This document shows, piece after piece, positions 46,867-55,630 of a stretch of DNA of 64,000 nt. Source of the stretch: Planctomycetota bacterium (GTDB taxonomy: Bacteria > Planctomycetota > MHYJ01 > JACPTZ01); the NCBI GenBank assembly GCA_016192525.1, contig JACPTZ010000214.1:5659-69658 (forward strand), read 5' to 3'. Positions within the stretch are counted from its first letter, which is position 1, and each line of letters begins with the position of its first letter. A program made the position numbers and the translations under genes. Under the pieces are notes generated by a model, which was not told where the DNA came from, ran no database searches, and worked only from the letters and a program-made list of their open reading frames with translations.

Positions 46867-48513
46867 ATGCCAGACGTCAGAGTACAGACCGGCTCTGCGG
46901 CGACGGCGGCGCTTCAGCGTCCCGCGTCACCGCCGACCGGAACCTCTCCGACGCCTCCGGTCCCCGCCACGGGCTTTGTGGCGCTTCTCCCTCCGTCCTT
47001 CGGCCAGATTCTGGGCGACATGATGACGACGGTTTCCGCCGTCCGTGCCGCCCCGCTCTCGACGGGGCGTGACGCCATGAAACCGGCCGCCGGTCCCGAG
47101 ACCGCTCTCGAGGCCGCGGCGGACCACACGCTCTCCGTGGACGAGACGGCCAAGCCGGTCGTCACCCTTCGTCCGAAGGAGGGAACGAACCGGACGCCGC
47201 CGACCGATCGCCGTTCCACGGAGACACGGGCCGACGGCGAAACCGGGGCGACCTCGGTCCGAACGCCCGAGGCCCCTAACCGCGAGGCGATGGATGACTC
47301 TTCCGGAGAGGTGGAGATGACGGACGCCGCGCTCGTGGCGGCGGTAGCCCCGGCGCCGACGGCGATCCCCGTGATCGATCCGCCGGAGGTCGAGGCCACG
47401 ACGCCGGTCCTTCCCCCGGCGCCGTCCCTCAACACCGACCCCCCGGACCCGGCTTCCGGCGCCGACGCGCCGAAGGCCGACCCGAACCTCTCCCCCGGCC
47501 CGTTGCCGGAGGAGATCGCCGACCCTGAAGCCACGCTCGATCCGGTGAACGCCAAGCCGATGACGAGGCCGACCCGGACCGAGGGACTTCCGTCCGACCT
47601 GCTCGAGGCGGCGAAGCCGCCCGTGAAGGAGACGACGGTCCCCGCGATGACGACGCCGAAACCGGAAGCCGGTACGGCCGCCCTCGAGGCGGCGGGAACG
47701 GCGCCGGTCCCCGAACCGCTCCCGGCGACGGAGCCGGTTTCGTCCCGGGCGGATCGCGTCATCGAGTCGGCCGTGGTGGCGACGAAGGTCGCGGCTCAGG
47801 CCGCGTCCGAGTTGCCGTCCACGGAGGAAGGGGGCGGAAGGGCCCGGGAGACCGGGACTTCCGCGGTTTCACCGACGGGGACCGAAGTCCTCGCCGGCAG
47901 TACCCGCGCGATCGCGGCGGCCTCGGCAGGCGGGGCCTCGGCGGAGTTGTCGGGCGGGATGTCCGGAAACCTGGCCGGTTCGGAATCCGGCGGGGCCCGG
48001 GAGATCGGAGCCGTGACGGGTCGGGGAGGAAGCGCCCCGTCCTTCGCGGACCGCATGACGGCGCTCACCGAGGCCCGGGCGAACCAGGCCGAGATGATCG
48101 ACCGGATCGTCCAGCAGACCCGGATGGGCGTGGAGCACGGCCAGACGCGGATCCGGATGCAGCTGAATCCGCCCGCCCTCGGCCATCTCCGGCTCGATCT
48201 GGGGGTGCAGGACGGAGTTCTCTCCGCCCGGCTCCAGACGGAGACGCAGGCGGCGCAGGTCGTACTGCAGACGCATCTGGACACTCTGCGGGATTCCCTC
48301 GAGCAGCAGGGGATCATCGTGGGGTCGTTTGAGGTCTCGGTGCGGCAGCAGGGTCAGTCGGGGGCGGCGTTCGCCTTCGGCCGGCCGAACTTCGGTGAAA
48401 ACACCTCCCGGGCCGCGTCCCGTCGGTCGAACCCGGAACCGGAACCCGCCTTGGCGGGAGTCGGCGCCGATTCGTCCGGTCGGGGTTGGCACCTGGTGGA
48501 CATGTTTGCGTAA
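46867..48513 (+). CDS. fliK: Flagellar hook-length control protein FliK
   Basis: AAGGAGGTG SD, Pro/Thr-rich body, C-terminal IRMQLNPPALGHL...LRDSLEQQGI. Confidence 0.88.
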   Translation: MPDVRVQTGSAATAALQRPASPPTGTSPTPPVPATGFVALLPPSFGQILGDMMTTVSAVRAAPLSTGRDAMKPAAGPETALEAAADHTLSVDETAKPVVTLRPKEGTNRTPPTDRRSTETRADGETGATSVRTPEAPNREAMDDSSGEVEMTDAALVAAVAPAPTAIPVIDPPEVEATTPVLPPAPSLNTDPPDPASGADAPKADPNLSPGPLPEEIADPEATLDPVNAKPMTRPTRTEGLPSDLLEAAKPPVKETTVPAMTTPKPEAGTAALEAAGTAPVPEPLPATEPVSSRADRVIESAVVATKVAAQAASELPSTEEGGGRARETGTSAVSPTGTEVLAGSTRAIAAASAGGASAELSGGMSGNLAGSESGGAREIGAVTGRGGSAPSFADRMTALTEARANQAEMIDRIVQQTRMGVEHGQTRIRMQLNPPALGHLRLDLGVQDGVLSARLQTETQAAQVVLQTHLDTLRDSLEQQGIIVGSFEVSVRQQGQSGAAFAFGRPNFGENTSRAASRRSNPEPEPALAGVGADSSGRGWHLVDMFA

Positions 48514-48534
48514 CGGAGTAAAAGGAGGACTCTC

Positions 48535-48963
48535 ATGGCACACGTGGGAGACATCACTCTGGGCTCACCATCGAGGGCGACGGCGCCCTCGGCCCTGGAA
48601 CGGTCGAAGCTGACCCGGGAACAGTTCCTCAAGATCCTGACGGCGCAGATGTCCAAGCAGGATCCGCTGAACCCGATCACGGACCAGGACTTCATCGGTC
48701 AGATGGCGAGTCTCCAGAACCTGGAAGCGGTATCCGCCTTGACGGAAGGCATCAAGAGCATGCAGAAGTCCCAGGAAATCGGAGCGGCTTCCGCGCTCAT
48801 CGGGAAGACGATCCGCGGGACTTCCGACTCGAGGCTGCCGATCCAGGGGGTGGTGAGTCAGGTGACGATCAACGGGGCGGAAGTGCGACTGGTGGTGGAC
48901 GGCGAGACCGTGAGCATGGACAACGTCACGGAGATCGCCCCCACCTTCTTCGCGGGAGTGTAG
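48535..48963 (+). CDS. flgD: Flagellar hook capping protein FlgD
   Basis: FLKILTAQM..QDPLNP, A.ALIGK. Confidence 0.93.
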   Translation: MAHVGDITLGSPSRATAPSALERSKLTREQFLKILTAQMSKQDPLNPITDQDFIGQMASLQNLEAVSALTEGIKSMQKSQEIGAASALIGKTIRGTSDSRLPIQGVVSQVTINGAEVRLVVDGETVSMDNVTEIAPTFFAGV

Positions 48964-48966
48964 GCG

Positions 48967-49362
48967 ATGGACCCCCGCCTGACCTCCATCACGGGAGCGG
49001 ATTCGCGGGGACGGCTTTCGCCGGCCCCGTCCGGGCGGCCGTCCGCCGCCTCCGGGCCGTCGTTCGCGACGGTGCTCCGGAAGGCGATCGACACCGCCCC
49101 GGCCGGACCCGTGAAGTTTTCCGGGCATGCGCAGGAACGTCTGGCGTCCCGCGGGATCGAGCTGTCCGCGGACGATCTGGACGCGATCGGCGCCGCGCTC
49201 GGGAAGGCGCAGGCGAAGGGGGCCCGCGACACGCTGGTGCTCCTCCGGGACCTCGGGTTCATCGTTTCGATCCCGAACCGGACGGTGGTGACGGCGCTCG
49301 ACCGGGCCGACCTTCGCGACCGCGTCTTCACGCACCTGGACAGTACCGTGATCGCCGGATGA
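48967..49362 (+). CDS. Putative flagellar operon protein (TIGR02530-like)
   Basis: VKFSGHAQERL.SRGI, KGARDTLV and NRTVVTA...VFT.LDS.VI. Confidence 0.85.
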   Translation: MDPRLTSITGADSRGRLSPAPSGRPSAASGPSFATVLRKAIDTAPAGPVKFSGHAQERLASRGIELSADDLDAIGAALGKAQAKGARDTLVLLRDLGFIVSIPNRTVVTALDRADLRDRVFTHLDSTVIAG

Positions 49363-49410
49363 CGGGCGCCGCGGGCGTTCGTCACCGTCGATCGAAGAAG
49401 CAGGCGTTCA

Positions 49411-49542
49411 ACGGCTGGTCCCGGAAGCTACCCCGATCGCCCCGGGCAGACCCCGCCGCAGGTGCGGCGGGGCTCTGTCGAGGGGGGGGTCGGGGAAGTG
49501 GAAGGGAAGCCGTACCGGGCCCCCGACCGACCGACGGGGCCC
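49411..49542 (+). ncRNA. Candidate structured cis-regulatory RNA in the flgE leader
   Basis: Long nested stem (ACGGCT/AGCCGT, TCCC/GGGA, CCCCGATC/GGTCGGGG and others) plus hairpin GGGCCCC-CGACCGACCGAC-GGGGCCC just before the SD. Confidence 0.55.
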
Positions 49543-49562
49543 TCTTGTTGAGGAGTGTTCCC

Positions 49563-51773
49563 ATGGCGCTGGTTCGCGCGTTGAACTCCGCCATATCGGG
49601 CCTCCGGGCGCACCAACTGCGGACGGATGTCATCGGCGACAACCTCGCCAATGTCAATACCACGGCCTTCAAGACGGGACGGGTGCAGTTCCAGACGCTC
49701 CTGAGCCAGACCATCGCGTTCGGCTCGGCCCCTTCCGGCTTCCTGGGTGGCATCGATCCCAAGCAGTTCGGGCTCGGAGTCGCGATCGGCGATACGAACA
49801 AGAACTTCGGTCAGGGCTCGCTCATCGCCACCGGCGTGGCGAGCGATATGGCGATCGAAGGAGACGGGTTCTTCATCCAGAACGATCAGGGCGGCGGTCC
49901 CGTCTACACCCGCGACGGGTCGTTCTCGATCAACCCGAAGAATCTCCTGCACAATCCCTCGACGGGATTCATCGTGCAGGGATTCCGGGCCGATTTCACC
50001 ACGTTTGAAATCCAGGCCGGCGGACCGCTCCAGGACATCCTCATCCCCATCGGGGACCTGCGGATCGCGCGCGAGACGGACAACGCGATCTTCGACGGGA
50101 ACCTGAACGGGGGCGGGGACATCGCGAGCGCCGCGAGCGTCCTGGACTCCGACCAGTTCCGTTCCGTCGACGCGCTCGGCGCGGACACCGGGGTGGCCAC
50201 GCTCGACACGCTGCTCACCGACCTCGGCCGGCGCGTCAATGGGATCACCGTCGATCTCGCCCTTACCGCGAACGACGTCATCTCCATGCAGGCCCAGAAG
50301 GGAAACCGGACGCTGCCCGATTCGACGTTCAAGATCTCGGCCACGCCTCCGGCGGAATCGGAAGGGATCGATGACTTCGGCACGACGCTCGAAGACCTCA
50401 TCGACTTCATGGAGGACGCGCTCGGGATCAACACGGTGGGGTCCGCGACCTCGTCGGCCTCGGACGACCTGTACTCCTCGCCGATCGTCTCGGCCTCCTT
50501 CGAGGACGGGGCCGGGGTCGGCGGAGACACCCTCGACACCACGGCCGGCACCTACACGATCGGCGCCGCGAACCTGGCGGCGATCGGCGGCGGGGGCGGA
50601 TTCCTCGACGCCGGCGTGGAGGTGGGGGACTACATGCGGTGGACGACCGGCCGCTCCTCCGGCCAGATCGTGCGGGTCGCCGCCGTCACCGCAACGACGA
50701 TCACCTTCGATCCGAACAACACCCTCGATCCGGCCATTCCGGCGCCCACGAGCGGAGATGCCGCCGTCGTGGGGGACGGGGACCGGTGGGAGATCCACAA
50801 GCAGTCCCGCGTGGCGCTCGGAAACGACGCCAGCGGAACGGCGCCGTTCAACAACGCCTATCCGGACCCGGCCCGTCAGCGCAAGTTCAACAACACGGCG
50901 CTGGAGGGAGTCCTCCGGATCGACGGCAACGTCGGGACGGCGAATGCGATCCGCAACCTGGAGCTCGCGAAGTCCGGGGGGGACCGGCTCACGGTCTTCA
51001 CGACCGTGGGGAACGCGGCCGGCGAGAGCGTCATCTCGAACGCCACCGTGTTCGACACCCTCGGCCAGGCGCACGTCGTCGAGATCACGTACGAGCTGGA
51101 GTCCAAGTCGAGCCTCGACCTCCAACGCGGCGATCGATGGCGATGGTTCGCCGAGGCGGTGGACTCGGACGGCCCGGACCGGGTGGTCGGGACCGGCTTC
51201 ATCCAGTTCGATACGGCGGGGCAGTATGTCTCCGAGAACCCGCTCGCTTCGATCAAGATCAACCTCGGCGGGCTGACGAACAACGCCGGGGTCCTGACGG
51301 TGGTCGGCCCCCCCTCGGGCGCCGTGACCCCGCTCTCCATCACGCCGGACCACTCGAAGGTCACCGGGTATGCGAACCGGATCTCCGAGGTGGCCCTCGT
51401 GGACCAGGACGGGTTCGGGCAGGGGACGCTGACCGACTTCAGCACGGGGACGGACGGAGTCGTCACCGGGATCTTCTCGAATGGTCAGACGAAGAGCCTG
51501 GCCCAGATCGCCCTGGCCCGGTTCCAGAACAACAACGGTCTCACCGCGGAAGGCGACAATCTGTTCCGCGTGGGGGCCAACTCGGGGATCGCGATCGTGG
51601 GAACGCCCGGGACGTTCGCCCGGGGGGTGGTCCACGGCGGGTTCCTTGAGGAGTCGAATGTGGACCTGGCGCGCCAGTTCACGGACCTGATCGTGGCCCA
51701 GAGGGCCTTCCAGGCGAACGCCCGGACGATCACGACGTCGAACCAGATGCTCCAGGACCTGCTGAACATCTAG
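49563..51773 (+). CDS. flgE: Flagellar hook protein FlgE (long, 736 aa)
   Basis: SGL....DVIGDNLANVNT, GDGFF, YTRDG.F and LEESNVDL..FTDLI.AQRAFQAN. Confidence 0.95.
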   Translation: MALVRALNSAISGLRAHQLRTDVIGDNLANVNTTAFKTGRVQFQTLLSQTIAFGSAPSGFLGGIDPKQFGLGVAIGDTNKNFGQGSLIATGVASDMAIEGDGFFIQNDQGGGPVYTRDGSFSINPKNLLHNPSTGFIVQGFRADFTTFEIQAGGPLQDILIPIGDLRIARETDNAIFDGNLNGGGDIASAASVLDSDQFRSVDALGADTGVATLDTLLTDLGRRVNGITVDLALTANDVISMQAQKGNRTLPDSTFKISATPPAESEGIDDFGTTLEDLIDFMEDALGINTVGSATSSASDDLYSSPIVSASFEDGAGVGGDTLDTTAGTYTIGAANLAAIGGGGGFLDAGVEVGDYMRWTTGRSSGQIVRVAAVTATTITFDPNNTLDPAIPAPTSGDAAVVGDGDRWEIHKQSRVALGNDASGTAPFNNAYPDPARQRKFNNTALEGVLRIDGNVGTANAIRNLELAKSGGDRLTVFTTVGNAAGESVISNATVFDTLGQAHVVEITYELESKSSLDLQRGDRWRWFAEAVDSDGPDRVVGTGFIQFDTAGQYVSENPLASIKINLGGLTNNAGVLTVVGPPSGAVTPLSITPDHSKVTGYANRISEVALVDQDGFGQGTLTDFSTGTDGVVTGIFSNGQTKSLAQIALARFQNNNGLTAEGDNLFRVGANSGIAIVGTPGTFARGVVHGGFLEESNVDLARQFTDLIVAQRAFQANARTITTSNQMLQDLLNI

Positions 51774-51783
51774 GCGCCGGCCT

Positions 51784-51812
51784 GGCACGGGCAGGCTCCG
51801 CCTGCCCGTGCC
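51784..51812. terminator. Strong hairpin after flgE (REP-like or terminator)
   Basis: GGCACGGGCAGG-N5-CCTGCCCGTGCC; no U tract. Confidence 0.45.
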
Positions 51813-51904
51813 GGCCGCACCTTCCGGCGATTCGCTGGACACAGGTGAGTACGGGCCGCTATACTGGGTGACAGGCAAGGAAGTGGGCGGAGCGGTCGGG
51901 ACCC

Positions 51905-52096
51905 ATGATCAAGGTGACGCGGTTGAACAACCGGGAGTTCGTCGTGAACGCGGAGCTCATCCAGTTTCTGGAGGAGACCCCGGACACCGTCATCACGCTC
52001 GTGAACCATGAGAAAGTGGTCGTGAAGGAGTCCGTGGACGAGGTCGTGCGGCGCATCATCGAGTACGCGCGAAGTCTGCGGGCCCTCCCGTCCTGA
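51905..52096 (+). CDS. flbD: Flagellar protein FlbD (SwrD)
   Basis: MIKVTRLN..EFVVNAELI..LEETPDTVITL. Confidence 0.92.
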   Translation: MIKVTRLNNREFVVNAELIQFLEETPDTVITLVNHEKVVVKESVDEVVRRIIEYARSLRALPS

Positions 52097-52118
52097 CCCT
52101 TCGTGAGAAGGAGTCTCC

Positions 52119-52892
52119 GTGCCGCGGTTTGATCTGGCGACGATCGTCGGGATTCTGGCCGGATTCGGCCTCAACGTCGCCGGCATCTGGATGGGGGGAT
52201 CGCCCCTCCTCCTGTACTGGAACCTACCCTCGGTGTTCATCACCTTTGGGGGGGCCTTGGCCTCGCTGGTCGTCCAGTTTCCGATCCGCGATCTGGTGAC
52301 GTTTCCATCGGTGCTGGCGCACGGTTTTATCGATCACCGGCTGGAACCGCACAAGATGATCGCGAATCTGGTGCGGTACGCCGAAACGGCCCGCCGGGAC
52401 GGCATTCTGGCCCTCGAGGCGGTGACGGAGGAGATCGACGACGAGTTCCTGATCACCGGCATTCAGCTCGCCGTCGACGGGACCGATCCGGAACTGATCC
52501 GTTCGATGATGGACACGGAGCTGGAGTATCTGTCGCAGCGGCACCAGCGCGGAAAGCGGATGGTGGAGTGCATGATGGACATGTGCCCCGCGTGGGGGAT
52601 GATCGGGACGCTCATCGGGCTGATCGCGATGCTGAAGCAGCTGTCCGACGTCTCCTCGATCGGGCCGAACATGGCCATCGCGCTCCTGACGACGTTTTAC
52701 GGCGCGATCGGCTGCTACCTGTTCTTCAAGCCGATGTCCCAGAAACTGGACCTCCGGAACGCGGAGGAGATCCTGATGCGCGAGATGATCATCCGCGGCG
52801 TGATGTCAATCCAGTCCGGGGATAATCCGAGGATCGTGTCCCAGAAGCTGCGCATCTTCCTCGCGCCGAACCAGCGCACCCAGGTGACGTAG
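52119..52892 (+). CDS. motA: Flagellar stator A subunit
   Basis: ARRDGILALE, PAWGMIGTLIGL, MAIALLTTFYG and IQSGDNP. Confidence 0.93.
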   Translation: MPRFDLATIVGILAGFGLNVAGIWMGGSPLLLYWNLPSVFITFGGALASLVVQFPIRDLVTFPSVLAHGFIDHRLEPHKMIANLVRYAETARRDGILALEAVTEEIDDEFLITGIQLAVDGTDPELIRSMMDTELEYLSQRHQRGKRMVECMMDMCPAWGMIGTLIGLIAMLKQLSDVSSIGPNMAIALLTTFYGAIGCYLFFKPMSQKLDLRNAEEILMREMIIRGVMSIQSGDNPRIVSQKLRIFLAPNQRTQVT

Positions 52893-52921
52893 GCGGCGAG
52901 CCGCCGGGAAGGAGGTCTCCG

Positions 52922-53626
52922 ATGCCCCGCGGAATGTCCTGACCCCCCCCTCCGGCTCCCGGGTGGATGATCACGTATTCCGATCTGGTGCAGCAGTTGC
53001 TGTGCTTCTTCATCCTGCTCTTGTCGATTTCGAAGATCGACGTGGTGAAACTCAAGATGTTCGAGCGCGGCTGGATCCGGCACACCGGCGCCCCGAGGCC
53101 GACGCCGGTCGAGCGGCAGGACATGGTGATGGCCCTGATAGACATGGTTCCCGACAAGGATTTGACCGCCAGCGGGGCCGACGTTGAGGGACCGCCCGGC
53201 GAGTTCCTGCGGGTCCAGCGCGTGCATGAGGGATTGAGAGTGGTGCTGGAGGACTGCACGATGTTCGCCGAGGGGAGCGCGGAACTGGAGCTCCAGGCCA
53301 TGGAGCGGCTCCGGTGGCTCATCGACAAGGCCCGGGACAAGCGCAATTACATCGACATCCGGGGCTTCACGAGCGTCGCCGAGGCGGACTCCGTGAACGG
53401 CGACCATCATCTTCTCGGATACATGAGGGCCGATGCGGTGGCCCGGGCCATGATCGGGGAAGAGCAGAACGCCACGATCATTCCGGGGAGGATCCGGCGG
53501 AGTTCGCGCGGGGCGTTCGATCCTCTCATTCGTCAGACCGAGGCGCAGTTCAACCCGGCCCTCCTGGGCCGGAATCGACGGGTCGAGATCATCATCAGCG
53601 ACGAACTGATCGAGATGAATCCGTAA
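52922..53626 (+). CDS. motB: Flagellar stator B subunit, with in-frame TGA at codon 7 (or start at 52967)
   Basis: GGAGG SD before ATG 52922; WMITYSDL TM; OmpA-like C-terminus with NRRVEIII. Confidence 0.8.
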
Positions 53627-53645
53627 TCCATCGTGGAGCGACACC

Positions 53646-54200
53646 ATGGTTTCGGAAGGTCGAAAGGGAGCGGCGGTAGAAGAGCCCAAAGCGGAGGATG
53701 CCCCGCAGGCGGCCGCGCCGGGGCGGGCCCCGATGTTCTCGGCGGCCGGACTCCTGGTGCTGTTCATCATCGTGCTCATTGAGGGGGTGGGAATTTACGC
53801 GATCCTCAAGTATACCTCCACGGCGCAGCAGGGAGAGGGAGGCCCGGGCGGCGGACCCGGTGGATGGAGCGAGGACGACATCTTTCTGGAGATCGACGAG
53901 GTCACCGCCCCCCTCCACGGCGCCCCGCTCAACGCGGAGAAAAACCTTCGCGTCAAGGTCGCCGTCGCGGTCGACAAGAAGAACAAGGAAAAGGTCGAGA
54001 CCCTGATCAAGGAGAAGAAGCCCGCGCTGATCCAGATCATCCGGAGGGCCATGACGGACGTCGTCAACTACAATGACGTCATCGGGCCGAGCGTAGGCGA
54101 AGCCGAGGACCGTCTTCAGCGGCGGATCGCGGAGGAATTCGACCGCCCGATGGGACATCACGTGAAGCAGGTCGTGATCTCGGACATGAGTTACTTCTAG
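53646..54200 (+). CDS. fliL: FliL-like flagellar basal body protein
   Basis: Single N-terminal TM and soluble domain ending VKQVVISD; lies after motB. Confidence 0.65.
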   Translation: MVSEGRKGAAVEEPKAEDAPQAAAPGRAPMFSAAGLLVLFIIVLIEGVGIYAILKYTSTAQQGEGGPGGGPGGWSEDDIFLEIDEVTAPLHGAPLNAEKNLRVKVAVAVDKKNKEKVETLIKEKKPALIQIIRRAMTDVVNYNDVIGPSVGEAEDRLQRRIAEEFDRPMGHHVKQVVISDMSYF

Positions 54201-54231
54201 ATTTCGTGCCCCTTGACAGGGAGCCGGGCCG

Positions 54232-54822
54232 ATGCCCGACCTGACGGACCCCAACGCGACGAATCCCAATCTGCCGCCCCCCCCCGGGGGGAAGGGACCG
54301 TCGGATGCCGACATCGATGCCATTCTGAGCGACATCGAAAAGCTCACCGGCAAGCCGCTGCCTCCGGGCGCCGCCGGCGGCGCGGGCGCCCTTCCGGAAC
54401 CGACGCCGGAGGAGCTGGCGGCCCTTCTCGGGGACGCGGGAATCACGCCGGAGCCGGAGGCCGGGCCGGAGCCGACGGAGGCGGCCGAGGCCGCCCTTCC
54501 GCCCCCTCCGCCCGGATCGTCTCCCATGGAGCTCCCGGCGTTCGACGCCGGACGCGAAGAAAAAGGCGGAACTCAGATCGATCTGCTGTATGATGTCGCG
54601 CTCAACGTCAAGATCGAACTCGGCCGCTCCCGCATGAGCGTCGAGGACATCCTGAAGCTCGGCAAGGGGTCCGTGATCGAACTGGACAAGCTGGCGGGCG
54701 ACCCGCTCGACGTGTTCATGAACGACCGGCTGGTGGCCCGCGGCGAAGTCCTCATTCTGAACGACAACTTCTGCATTCGTATCACGGAGATCGTCGCCCC
54801 GAAGGAACGGGGCGTGAGGTAG
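54232..54822 (+). CDS. fliN: Flagellar motor switch protein FliN
   Basis: LLYDV.LNVKIELGR, GSVIELDKLAGDP and ARGEV. Confidence 0.93.
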   Translation: MPDLTDPNATNPNLPPPPGGKGPSDADIDAILSDIEKLTGKPLPPGAAGGAGALPEPTPEELAALLGDAGITPEPEAGPEPTEAAEAALPPPPPGSSPMELPAFDAGREEKGGTQIDLLYDVALNVKIELGRSRMSVEDILKLGKGSVIELDKLAGDPLDVFMNDRLVARGEVLILNDNFCIRITEIVAPKERGVR

Positions 54823-54839
54823 GAAGGCGAAGGGGACCC

Positions 54840-55580
54840 ATGGAAGGGACCAGGGGGCGGGCGATCGCTCTGGCGATCGCCGGCGTCGTGCTGTCTTTTT
54901 GTTCCCGACCGCTTCCGGCGCAATCGGCGTCGGCGTCCGATCCGTCGGCGCCGCCCGCCGCTCCCTCCTCCTCCGTTCCCGCGTCTCCCCCCGCTTCCTC
55001 CTTCGAGAGTGAGCCGGCCTTCGGCCCTCCGGAGTCGGGGTCGACCTCGGGCCTCTCGCCCGCGGGTCCGCCGTCCCCCCCCCCCGACGAGCCGGGTCCC
55101 CTGGCCATCGCCTTCTGGACCGGCGCCGTTCTGCTCGCCTTCGCGGCGGGCACCACCGCCCTCAAGCGGTGGTGGCCCGGCGCCCGGCGCCTCTTTCCGA
55201 GCGAAGCGATCCGCGTCCTGGGCCGGCGCGCCCTCACTCCGGCCCACACGCTCTATCTCGTGGAGATCGGGCACCGGATCCTCCGGGTCGGATGTACGAA
55301 GGACGGAATCACCTATCTCGGAGAGATCGCGGACCGCGATGAGGTCGCCCTCGTGAAGGCCCAGGCCACCGCCGGAGCGAAGGAGTCGGAGTCCCGGTCG
55401 TTCCGGCAGGCGCTGGACGGGACTCTGCGGGACTCGTCGCGGACGGAGACCGCCGTTTCGCGCGAAGAGGCGGTGGCCTCCGATCCGCTCCTGCCGGACC
55501 CGGCCACGGAGCCGGGCCCGGCCGAGCTCAAGGAAGAACTCACACAGATCCGACGGACGATCGAAGGGTGGCGCGGTTAG
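54840..55580 (+). CDS. fliO: Flagellar biosynthesis protein FliO
   Basis: TM then IRVLGR.AL...HTLYLVEIG.RIL.VG.T...ITYL.EI. Confidence 0.8.
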   Translation: MEGTRGRAIALAIAGVVLSFCSRPLPAQSASASDPSAPPAAPSSSVPASPPASSFESEPAFGPPESGSTSGLSPAGPPSPPPDEPGPLAIAFWTGAVLLAFAAGTTALKRWWPGARRLFPSEAIRVLGRRALTPAHTLYLVEIGHRILRVGCTKDGITYLGEIADRDEVALVKAQATAGAKESESRSFRQALDGTLRDSSRTETAVSREEAVASDPLLPDPATEPGPAELKEELTQIRRTIEGWRG

Positions 55581-55630
55581 TGTGGACGCGGATCGGAAGG
55601 AGCGATCCGCACGGTAGGGGAGGTCGCTAG

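Noticed and set aside
49359-49562. N-terminal extension of FlgE in the ORF track (similarly for hsdR, hsdM, fliK, flgB and the ABC ATPase)
   Set aside because: SD sequences and family N-termini support the downstream starts.
51783-51797. TGGCACG sigma54-like site after flgE
   Set aside because: GG-to-GC spacing is one base short, and the sequence is one arm of a hairpin.
49428-51878. 816-aa minus-strand ORF (likewise 12817..15219 +, 33745..35598 -, 37428..39356 -)
   Set aside because: Antisense shadows of well-supported genes.
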